Assembly (NCBI GenBank): GCA_965203315.1
Contig: OZ241857.1
Coordinates: forward strand, 1,312,001 to 1,376,000
DNA length: 64,000 nt
Reading direction: 5' to 3'
DNA from: Nitrosopumilus sp.
GTDB lineage: Archaea; Thermoproteota; Nitrososphaeria; Nitrososphaerales; Nitrosopumilaceae
A program made the position numbers and the translations under genes. The notes below the pieces were generated by a model. The model had not been told where the DNA came from. It searched no databases and was given only the letters and a program-made list of their open reading frames with translations. Positions 38,576 to 47,056 of this stretch are shown piece by piece. Each line of letters begins with the position of its first letter. The stretch's first letter is position 1.

Positions 38576-38683
38576 TCACTTACAGTGTGTACAAGTCACA
38601 CCATGATTTTGTTTACAACTAGGACAGCTTACTGCCCCTCCATAGTGACACTTGCATGGACACAACTCGGTAGGATCTCTCAT
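38576..38683 (-). CDS. 35-aa Cys/His-rich microprotein (metal-binding, metallothionein-like)
   Basis: MRDPTELCPCKCHYGGAVSCPSCKQNHGVTCTHCK; start abuts the FMN reductase stop; fills the gap exactly. Confidence 0.6.
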   Translation of the reverse strand: MRDPTELCPCKCHYGGAVSCPSCKQNHGVTCTHCK

Positions 38684-39229
38684 CTATGCGGACAACCTTC
38701 TTGCCATCTCTAAAGTCTCATCGACCATTGTAGTCAATCTCTTTTGCGAGTCTTCATCAACTATTGAGCCTTCTACGATAGACTCTGTTGTTAGATAGAC
38801 TGCCTTTGGATTTGCGACAACTCTAAAGTACGATAACAACTGTGTCAGTATGGTCTGTACGTCAATAAAACCGATATTTCCAGCTGCCATAATCACCATA
38901 CCTCCAACTTTACCTTCAGTCTTTTTATAATTGACATACTCGAAGAGATTCTTTATCGCTGAACTAAAGAACGAGTTGTATATGGGGGTTCCAATCAGCC
39001 AGACATCAGCAGCCATTATGCTCTCAGCAGCTGCCTTTGTAGATTCATTATACACCTCGTCTGGTCCTCGATAACACTCAACTTTACCATCTGATAGATC
39101 AATCAACTGTGTATCCTTATTCTTTGTACATGCATACTCGTAGACTTTATTCATGGCAATCAATGTGTTTGAGGTCTTTCTTGGACTACCCGATATTACG
39201 ACAACCTTCACATCTTTTGAGATTGACAT
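38684..39229 (-). CDS. NADPH-dependent FMN reductase
   Basis: ISGSPR..SNT, GTP.YN...S...KN. Confidence 0.9.
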   Translation of the reverse strand: MSISKDVKVVVISGSPRKTSNTLIAMNKVYEYACTKNKDTQLIDLSDGKVECYRGPDEVYNESTKAAAESIMAADVWLIGTPIYNSFFSSAIKNLFEYVNYKKTEGKVGGMVIMAAGNIGFIDVQTILTQLLSYFRVVANPKAVYLTTESIVEGSIVDEDSQKRLTTMVDETLEMARRLSA

Positions 39230-39433
39230 CTGTCTATTTAAATCACCACGTGATCTATACAACTCGAGACTGGAATAACAACATATTCTGATATCTAGTG
39301 GATCTTGTTTACTATTTTGTACACTTGATATACATTAGAATATGACAGAGATCTAGTTTGTAGATATACAAGAGTGAATTACATCTAATTTAGTGACTAT
39401 ACAACTATATCGACAGATCTATGAAGAGATAGA

Positions 39434-39525
39434 CGGGCTTGGAGGGCTTCGATCCCTCGACCTGTAACTTAGGAGGCTACCACGCTATCCATATTTCGCA
39501 TCAACTGATTCTGCGCCACAAGCCC
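39434..39525 (-). tRNA. tRNA-Arg(CCT) with a non-canonical D-loop intron
   Basis: Acceptor GGGCTTG/CAAGCCC, anticodon arm GTAGC-CTCCTAA-GTTAC, T arm GAGGG-ATCGAAG-CCCTC; ~15-17 extra nt in the D-loop. Confidence 0.85.
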
Positions 39526-39569
39526 AGCACAAAGAACGTTCCTAATTATTTAAATCGTTAAACCAAATA

Positions 39570-40286
39570 TTATAGTCTGACGTTCTCCATCTCTTTGATC
39601 ATCTCTTGTATGTTGGTCCATTCACGTACTATGCTATTGTCCCATCTCTCAAAGTATACCACATCTTTTAATTTCAGTCTTGGTAACCATCCTGCCTTTT
39701 CTAGATCTGGTTTATCTGCAAATTCCTCTACGTGACCCAGACATAGATATGCAATTGGAATAATATGACTTGGCAAGTCTAACATATCACGCAGTACTGT
39801 ATTGGATAGTATGCTGACCCATCCCATTCCTATATCCTCAGCACGTGCCGCTAACCACAAATTCTGTATTGCACAACAGACACTATACATTCCAGTATCT
39901 GGAATACTAGTTCGCCCTATTACAAATGGACCAAATCTTGAAGGATCATACGTAACACATAGATTTACCGATGACTCCAAGATTCCTTCCAACTTTAAAG
40001 CAAGATACTTTGATCTCTTTGGTTCTTGTACAAGTTTGGCTGACTCAATCTTCTCTCTCTCGAATGACTCTCTGATCTTCTTACGTGTAGTGATATCTCG
40101 GATCAGTATAAAGTTCCATGGCTGCGAAAATCCTACAGATGGTGCATGATGTGCTGCATGAAGAATCTTGGCCAAAGTTTCATCTTTGATCGGTTTTGGA
40201 ATAAAACTCGATCTCACATCTCTTCTGGTGTATACTGCTTTGTAGAACCCGTTCTTCTCTTCATCTGTAAAATCATTCATCTGCAT
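39570..40286 (-). CDS. bluB: 5,6-dimethylbenzimidazole synthase
   Basis: RRDVR, APSVG.SQPW.F, LKLEGI, YS..CAIQNLWLAARAE..G.GWVS. Confidence 0.93.
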   Translation of the reverse strand: MQMNDFTDEEKNGFYKAVYTRRDVRSSFIPKPIKDETLAKILHAAHHAPSVGFSQPWNFILIRDITTRKKIRESFEREKIESAKLVQEPKRSKYLALKLEGILESSVNLCVTYDPSRFGPFVIGRTSIPDTGMYSVCCAIQNLWLAARAEDIGMGWVSILSNTVLRDMLDLPSHIIPIAYLCLGHVEEFADKPDLEKAGWLPRLKLKDVVYFERWDNSIVREWTNIQEMIKEMENVRL

Positions 40287-40349
40287 CTATACTGTACCAG
40301 TTCATTTGTTAAACGTTAATAATGACTAGCTCTAGTTTTCTACTTGATT

Positions 40350-40423
40350 GGGCCGGTAGTCTAGTTGGTTAGGATACCGCCTCGACACGGCGGTGATCGT
40401 GAGTTCGAATCTCTCTCGGCCCA
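40350..40423 (+). tRNA. tRNA-Val(GAC)
   Basis: GGGCCGG acceptor, CCGCC-TCGACAC-GGCGG anticodon arm, TTCGAAT T-loop. Confidence 0.9.
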
Positions 40424-40424
40424 C

Positions 40425-40922
40425 TCATCTTAATTCGATTCTGAACTCTTTCTCACCGATACTCCATGAGGTCTCTGTAACTAGTAGTCCCTCTGCTACA
40501 TAGTTGGTGATCTCTTCATTTATCATAGTGGTATAGATGTCAGAGTTGCTCTCTGTCTTCGATATGGTAAATGTGCTCTTTAGTGGAACTTGAGAGTCTG
40601 GATAGAACACAGCTCGTCCAGGTAGTGCAATATCAGCTGTAGAGTATTGACCAGAACCCAACTCTACTCCATTGCCAACTAGGGTGTATCCTATCTGTGA
40701 TACCGTAAATGTCTTGTCGCTTGGATTTGTGATCAAGAATGTCACATCAAACTCTGCCTGGTTCTTTATCGCATCGACGTCTCGTAGTTCGACCCCGATC
40801 AAGTCAATCTCTGCTTGTTCAAGTTTTTCATTATCTAAACTTGCATAGTAGATGATTCCACCCATCAACGCGAGGGTTCCTGCAATGGCAGCATATACAG
40901 TCATCTTACTTTGTAATTGCAC
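40425..40922 (-). CDS. Membrane-anchored LEA_2/WHy-like protein
   Basis: N-terminal TM; F.ITNPS motif. Confidence 0.6.
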   Translation of the reverse strand: MQLQSKMTVYAAIAGTLALMGGIIYYASLDNEKLEQAEIDLIGVELRDVDAIKNQAEFDVTFLITNPSDKTFTVSQIGYTLVGNGVELGSGQYSTADIALPGRAVFYPDSQVPLKSTFTISKTESNSDIYTTMINEEITNYVAEGLLVTETSWSIGEKEFRIELR

Positions 40923-41001
40923 GTTAATGATACTCTGCTGTGTACAACTAAAAAAGGTTGAGATCCAATAAATAATATTTGATCCAAGTTGTTGCTATCT
41001 G

Positions 41002-41499
41002 ATGGCAGCACTAGAGCAAGCACTACTAACTTGGATACATCTAATCGCAGCGGCAATATGGGTTGGAGGTTCACTCTTTATCGGGATCGTCTTTTCACCA
41101 CTACTCAAGACGATGGCAAATTCCATTCAAGATAGGATTCAGATAATGATTCTCGTTGGGAGAAGATTCAACAAGATAGCTGTACCATCACTGATAATCT
41201 TGATGGCAACAGGTGTATACAATGCACACGGTCTACTAGGCAATCCCAATCTCTTGTTTGCTAGTAGTTATGGTACATTTCTGTTCATAAAGATATGTCT
41301 AGTCGTGGCGTTGATCATCACCTATGTTGTACATGTACGAGTAATCCGTAAAGATGTCCAAGATGCAATAATGTCAAATAAAATGTCGGATATAGAGATA
41401 CAAAAGATTCGTAAAAAGATAATAATCTTGGGTGAGATCACTGTAGTCTTGTCTATTGTGATCTTGTTGCTTGCCGCATTACTCGATGCCGGCGTCTGA
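41002..41499 (+). CDS. CopD-family membrane protein
   Basis: W.H..AA.IWVGG..F, ATG, YG..L..K. Confidence 0.8.
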   Translation: MAALEQALLTWIHLIAAAIWVGGSLFIGIVFSPLLKTMANSIQDRIQIMILVGRRFNKIAVPSLIILMATGVYNAHGLLGNPNLLFASSYGTFLFIKICLVVALIITYVVHVRVIRKDVQDAIMSNKMSDIEIQKIRKKIIILGEITVVLSIVILLLAALLDAGV

Positions 41500-42498
41500 C
41501 GTACCTTGAATTATAACACGATACCCATCTATGTCTTTTGTACCGTACTTGCACCCAGTAATCTTTGCTGCAACGTATAGATTTGTCTGTAGATGATCTG
41601 TTAGGTGTCTAGTATCGAATATAGTCTTTCCAGAACTTAGGCTTGCCGGTACAACCAACATATCTGCTAGATTGTCATCAACTGATGTATCTACAATAAA
41701 CTTTTTCAGATCTAGATCAAATCGTCCTCTCTTTTTATTGTATAATGCATCTGTTCCTATTACAGAGTTTTGATCACGACTAAATACAACTATGGCAGCT
41801 GCAGAGTCTAAAGCCGGCGTCTCATCTATACTGATATGCACATTAAACCCACGTCTAACTAGTTCTCTCTTGATCTCTAGAATACTAGCTTGTATTGTAC
41901 TCTTTGATATCTTTGAGTACGTACATGATATGTTGACATCTCTTGTAATCCTTGATGTGAATACAGCTGATCGAATTTTAGACGGCTCTAACTCTAACAG
42001 TACTCTTCCTCTACCACTTGGATAGTATCCTCGCCTGATCGTTGTTATGGTAGATGATAGCCCCATTCTAGACATTGCTGCACTTAAAACTAATCTGGTA
42101 TAATCCATTGTAGGACTCCATGGAACATCTGTCCCTCCTGTTATCTCTACTTGTAGTCTCTTCTTTAATGATACAGCAAGTGGAATTATACTCTGTATTA
42201 CCAACGATATACTACCAGCTGTTCTGATATCGTAATGGATTGATCCATGTTGTATCTTATCTGGAATAAACTCTAGTTCAGTTGAGTTCAGACGAGCTCC
42301 CGATACTTTGGCAGATGTGAGTTGTTGCATTATATTTACTACAGCTAGATGTTGTGGACGCAAGCCAGCTATTCTACGATTCTTTCTCATGTTTGTCAGA
42401 CGAATAGGTCTTCTCGTAATACATGATAGTGTTAGTGCAGACCGAATTATCTGTCCTCCTCCTTCTCCACGCCCTCCATCGATTACTATTGGTTTCAT
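41479..42498 (-). CDS. rtcA: RNA 3'-terminal phosphate cyclase
   Basis: IDG..GEGGGQI.RSAL, GLRPQH, AGSI.L, GGTDV.WSP, RGYYP.G.G, H..TN. Confidence 0.93.
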   Translation of the reverse strand: MKPIVIDGGRGEGGGQIIRSALTLSCITRRPIRLTNMRKNRRIAGLRPQHLAVVNIMQQLTSAKVSGARLNSTELEFIPDKIQHGSIHYDIRTAGSISLVIQSIIPLAVSLKKRLQVEITGGTDVPWSPTMDYTRLVLSAAMSRMGLSSTITTIRRGYYPSGRGRVLLELEPSKIRSAVFTSRITRDVNISCTYSKISKSTIQASILEIKRELVRRGFNVHISIDETPALDSAAAIVVFSRDQNSVIGTDALYNKKRGRFDLDLKKFIVDTSVDDNLADMLVVPASLSSGKTIFDTRHLTDHLQTNLYVAAKITGCKYGTKDIDGYRVIIQGTSDAGIE

Positions 42499-42550
42499 AA
42501 TTTGATATATTGTGATAGTTTTTTAAAAGAATATTATCTAAAGCAAAGCT

Positions 42551-43045
42551 ATGAATGGTCTACTAGTTGGACGCTTTCAACCATTTCATCTAGGTCATCT
42601 AGCAGCTCTAAAGTTTGCATTATGTTATGTAGATAAGCTGTGGTTGGGTCTAGGCAGCTCAAACAGACCTATTTCGAAACAGAATCCATTCTCTACTAAA
42701 GAACGAGAGATCATGATCCGTAACTCCCTCGATGATGATACAAATGCCAAGATATCTATATACGATATACCAGACTTTGAGAATCATAAACAATGGATCA
42801 GAGAGATCGATGCAATAGTGCCCAACTTTGAGATCATATTCTCTAATGATCCACTAACTAGACATCTATACGCAGATCGTAATGTTCGCGTTGTGGATAT
42901 ACCATTTCTCGACAGAGACATTCTATCTGGAACCCATATACGAGATCTCGTACGTGAGAATAAACGATGGGAACATCTAGTACCTGACGGAACCAAAAAC
43001 TTTCTAATTCAAAATAGTGCCAGCAGACGACTAAAGAGTCTCTAG
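42551..43045 (+). CDS. nadM: Nicotinamide-nucleotide adenylyltransferase
   Basis: GRFQPFHLGH, NPF...ER, SGT.IR. Confidence 0.92.
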   Translation: MNGLLVGRFQPFHLGHLAALKFALCYVDKLWLGLGSSNRPISKQNPFSTKEREIMIRNSLDDDTNAKISIYDIPDFENHKQWIREIDAIVPNFEIIFSNDPLTRHLYADRNVRVVDIPFLDRDILSGTHIRDLVRENKRWEHLVPDGTKNFLIQNSASRRLKSL

Positions 43046-43079
43046 TTATAAATAAAGCAATCAAGCACACAGATCATAC

Positions 43080-44225
43080 ATGGAATATCTGTCAATGTTA
43101 CCTGGACCTACAAATGTCCCAAATCGAGTTATGCGAGCAATGCTTGCACCGATAATAAATCACCGTAGTGATGACTTTGTCGAGCTGTATACGGATGTTA
43201 TTGCCAAGACACAGCAGATCTTTGAGACGCAGAATGATATCGTTGCACTATCTGCTTCTGGTACGGGAGCTGTAGAGGCAGGTGTTGTAAATTTAGTAAA
43301 AAAGGGCGACAAGATAATCATTCCAGTAAATGGTGAGTTTAGTAACAGATTATCTCAACTCATCGCGAATCAAGGTGCAGATGTTGTACGTCTAGAGACT
43401 CCACCTGGTGAGAATGCCACATTTGATCAAGTAAAAGCTGCCTTTGACAACAATCCAGACGTTAAAGCATTCTATGTTGTTCATAACGAGACATCTACTG
43501 GAACTATGGTAAACTATCTAGACCGTGTCTCTGATCTGACCTCTAGAAACGATGCATTCTATGTCGTAGATTCTGTATCTCTCTTGGGTGGATCTCAGTT
43601 GCCCGTGGATAAATGGAATATTGATGTATGTATGACTGGTGCACAAAAAGCTATTGCGGCACCCCCTGGAATATCACCCATCTCTGTTAGTCCACGAGCA
43701 AAAAAGTACATGATGGAGAATCCACCAAATACAATGTACTTTAATCTAGCTCGATACTTCAAGTATTATGAAGAGTCGAGACACACTCCATTCACTCCAG
43801 CACTGCCATTACTCTATGCATATCGTGAAGCACTCACAATGATGTTAGAGGAGGGTTTGGAGAATATATTCAAGAGACACCGAGTCTGCTCTGATGCATT
43901 ATACTCTGCTCTTAGCGCAATAGGGTTGACTCCGTTTGCAAAAAAAGAGGATCGCTCTATATCCATAGTTGCATTGAACTATCTAGATGGACTCGAAGAC
44001 AAGATGTTCCGAGACACACTTGCCAACCAGTTTAAAGTTCTCGTTGCAGGCGGATTTGGTAATCTCAAAGGAAAGGTATTTCGAGTTGGATGTATGGGTG
44101 AGGTTGGTCCATATCATGTCATGCGAACAGTCTCTGCAATCTCGTCGACGCTATCGATGATGGGATTCAAGACTGATTCTCAAACTGGACTACAGACAGC
44201 TCAAGATGTACTCAAACAACTCTAA
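43080..44225 (+). CDS. Class V aminotransferase (serine-pyruvate/alanine-glyoxylate type)
   Basis: PGPT, HRS..F, SGTG, HNETSTG, D.VS, QKA...PPG, FR.G.MG. Confidence 0.92.
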   Translation: MEYLSMLPGPTNVPNRVMRAMLAPIINHRSDDFVELYTDVIAKTQQIFETQNDIVALSASGTGAVEAGVVNLVKKGDKIIIPVNGEFSNRLSQLIANQGADVVRLETPPGENATFDQVKAAFDNNPDVKAFYVVHNETSTGTMVNYLDRVSDLTSRNDAFYVVDSVSLLGGSQLPVDKWNIDVCMTGAQKAIAAPPGISPISVSPRAKKYMMENPPNTMYFNLARYFKYYEESRHTPFTPALPLLYAYREALTMMLEEGLENIFKRHRVCSDALYSALSAIGLTPFAKKEDRSISIVALNYLDGLEDKMFRDTLANQFKVLVAGGFGNLKGKVFRVGCMGEVGPYHVMRTVSAISSTLSMMGFKTDSQTGLQTAQDVLKQL

Positions 44226-44375
44226 TGTGCGTATCGTGATGTGTCATACTGTACACTGGACATTGTACACCACGCCAATAAGCAAATTCACACTAGATGT
44301 AAAGTTCAAATCTAGTATCGCAAATTAGATCTAGATGTATTGACATTAATATAAGGAAATTCAAAAGCTTTCGTA

Positions 44376-45284
44376 TTGACCTTTGATACAGACTCACTCA
44401 TTCTTGTAGACTATACTGTGATGATCAAAGAAGACAATATACTATTTAGTACTACATCCGAATCGATTGCAAGAGAACATAATGTTTATGACATTGATAA
44501 ACGATATGTTCCATCACTCGTCTCAATTAACAATCCTGCTTATCCTCAACGAAAGAAGATCAATGACGCACTTGCGCAATCTAGTGTGGGTGATACACTA
44601 ACAGTCGAGCTTGCTCCTCAAGACGCCTTTGGAGATAGAGATCCCAACAAAGTCCGAGTTATTCCACTTAGAAAACTAGGTGACGATGCAGATAAAATAT
44701 TTGTTGGCGCGCAAGTCAAAGTAGACGACAAAGAAGGTGTTGTTAGACTGATCAGCTCTGGCAGAGTCCGAATCGATTTCAATCACAAATTTGCAGGCAA
44801 GTCTTTGGTATATGATATGACGATTGTACAATCACTCGATACTCTTGACCTAAAGATTACCGAGATCATCAAAAATACATTCGCTATAGAAAACGATCTG
44901 ATTGATTACAAACTAGATGACGACAATCTAACCATTGCTATACCGTCGAAGATGTTTCTAGACGTAGATCTCTCAAGATTTAAAAATATTGTCAAAGATG
45001 ATATCTTTGAATTTATTCCAACCATCAAGGCAGTTGTATTTACCGAGACGTACAGAAATGAAGACTTTGAGGCCGACTTTGTGCCAGAGACAACCTATAC
45101 CCAATCAGAGACACCATATCCCTCCATAACACCATACACGGCATCAACCGACCCCGAGACATCTAGTGTAGACGAAGCCGACCCCGAGACGCCAACCTTA
45201 GAGTCTACGGACATATTTGACTCATCTACTGATACGCCGATAATAGATTCAGAGTCTGCAAGTTCGGATGAAGACAAATCCTAG
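44376..45284 (+). CDS. Long-type FKBP peptidyl-prolyl isomerase with acidic S/T/P-rich tail
   Basis: P..AFG.RD, R.RIDFNH..AGK.L; C-terminal low-complexity tail with a DPET repeat. Confidence 0.85.
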   Translation: MTFDTDSLILVDYTVMIKEDNILFSTTSESIAREHNVYDIDKRYVPSLVSINNPAYPQRKKINDALAQSSVGDTLTVELAPQDAFGDRDPNKVRVIPLRKLGDDADKIFVGAQVKVDDKEGVVRLISSGRVRIDFNHKFAGKSLVYDMTIVQSLDTLDLKITEIIKNTFAIENDLIDYKLDDDNLTIAIPSKMFLDVDLSRFKNIVKDDIFEFIPTIKAVVFTETYRNEDFEADFVPETTYTQSETPYPSITPYTASTDPETSSVDEADPETPTLESTDIFDSSTDTPIIDSESASSDEDKS

Positions 45285-46324
45285 ATGATATTGGTACTCT
45301 TGGCAAGATTTAATGCCTTTCTCTCTGTCATGTTGATCTCTTTTAGTATTGTATAACGATCTTCTCTCAACCCTTGAGCCATCTGTAACGCATCGACTAT
45401 CTCGTCTGGCGAGAGATCGATCTCTTTTGCTGTAGTCGGTGCTCCAACATTCTTTAGCGCTGTTCGAATCTTTCTCCAATCTTGTCTGTGTAGTTTGGAC
45501 ATCATTATCGCCCCAATCCCACATTTTTCACCATGTAGCCCTCTCTCTGGTGCAATTCTGTCTAACGCATGTGAGAATAAATGCTCTGATCCCGAACATG
45601 GTCTACTACTTCCTGCAATACATGATGCAACTCCTGCACTGATCAACCCCTCTACAATCATTCTTGCGTCTATACCATCCTTTGCGAATCTATTCGAGTT
45701 CTCGATGATCATCTTTGCACTCATCAGTGCAAGCTGCGCAGAATATCTACCATAGTACTCATCGATCCTCTTGTGTCCCAACTGCCAATCTTTTACAGCT
45801 ATAATGTTTGCGATCAGATCACCACACCCACTAGCCAAGAGTCGCTTTGGAGCCCTCTTGATCACATCAATATCTACGAATACGCCTATGGGTGTAGTGG
45901 CATTTTTTGAGTACGGTTTATCTCCTTTTATTGATACAAAAGGACTGGCCATTCCATCATGTGATGCAGCTGTAGGCATACTGACAAATGGTCTCTCTAG
46001 ATTAAATGAGATCATCTTTGCAGCGTCTACAGATCGTCCTCCACCAATCCCGATTATAACATCTGATCTATCTCTCTCAACTTTACGTTGTATCTCTTTT
46101 ATGGATGGGATATCATTGTCTTTGGTCATGTGCCATGTGTAGTGAATATTCTTTGTATTGAGCGATCGCTCTATCTCTCTCTTTAACACGCGCTGTACAT
46201 TTGTCCCAGAGATCAACGAGACTGCTCTTGGCTTCTCCAACGATTGTAAGAACGCACCAAACTTGCCGATATTTCTGTCACCGATCTCAATAAGTCTAGG
46301 CAACTCCATCGTATGTGACTTCAT
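45281..46324 (-). CDS. egsA: sn-glycerol-1-phosphate dehydrogenase
   Basis: GGG..VD.AK, PTAASHDG.ASP, SSRP.SGSEH.FSHA, HGE..G. Confidence 0.95.
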   Translation of the reverse strand: MKSHTMELPRLIEIGDRNIGKFGAFLQSLEKPRAVSLISGTNVQRVLKREIERSLNTKNIHYTWHMTKDNDIPSIKEIQRKVERDRSDVIIGIGGGRSVDAAKMISFNLERPFVSMPTAASHDGMASPFVSIKGDKPYSKNATTPIGVFVDIDVIKRAPKRLLASGCGDLIANIIAVKDWQLGHKRIDEYYGRYSAQLALMSAKMIIENSNRFAKDGIDARMIVEGLISAGVASCIAGSSRPCSGSEHLFSHALDRIAPERGLHGEKCGIGAIMMSKLHRQDWRKIRTALKNVGAPTTAKEIDLSPDEIVDALQMAQGLREDRYTILKEINMTERKALNLAKSTNII

Positions 46325-46410
46325 ACCATCTCGATCCATGCTCGTTATTTATGATTTGAATGGATTAACAAGTTATTTAAGAGGGTAAAGTCTCAATTAG
46401 AGTATCTTAG

Positions 46411-47049
46411 GTGTATTTTTTGGTAAATATTCAAGAAAAGATTCTACACGGGACTACCACAGTAGGTATCCAAGCAAGCGATGGCATTGTCTTGTGTGCC
46501 GACATGCGAGCTAGTGCTGGATACTTTGTCGCAACCAACACTACGATGAAGATTACACAGATCGATATTCATGCTGGTCTCACTATGGCAGGTGGTGTGG
46601 CAGACGCACAAAATATTGTAGATATACTATGTTATCACGCAAATCTCAATCGGGTTGAAAAGCAGAGACCGATCCGAATTGCTTCGATTGCAAGACTATG
46701 TTCATTAATATTTCATCAAAACCGTGGCTATCCATTTATCGCAGATATTCTCGTCGGAGGTTATGACGACGATGGTCCCTCACTGTTTAATATTGATACA
46801 TATGGTTCAGTTGAACGGAAACAATATGTCTCTACAGGAAGTGGCTCACCTGTTGCATATGGACTACTCGATAATGAGTACCGTGATGATCTAACAATTG
46901 ACGAAGCAAAAGATATTGCTCTACGCGCTGTAAGATCGGCAATAATCAGAAACATTGGAACAGGAGATGGCATCAATATCGCAACTATAACCAAAGACGG
47001 CTTTAAAATATTAACTGATGAACAAAAGAAGACTGTTATTGAACTTTAG
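46411..47049 (+). CDS. psmB: Proteasome beta subunit
   Basis: HG-TTTVG, AD.RAS, AG.VADAQ, TGSGS. Confidence 0.96.
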   Translation: MYFLVNIQEKILHGTTTVGIQASDGIVLCADMRASAGYFVATNTTMKITQIDIHAGLTMAGGVADAQNIVDILCYHANLNRVEKQRPIRIASIARLCSLIFHQNRGYPFIADILVGGYDDDGPSLFNIDTYGSVERKQYVSTGSGSPVAYGLLDNEYRDDLTIDEAKDIALRAVRSAIIRNIGTGDGINIATITKDGFKILTDEQKKTVIEL

Positions 47050-47056
47050 TGATTTA

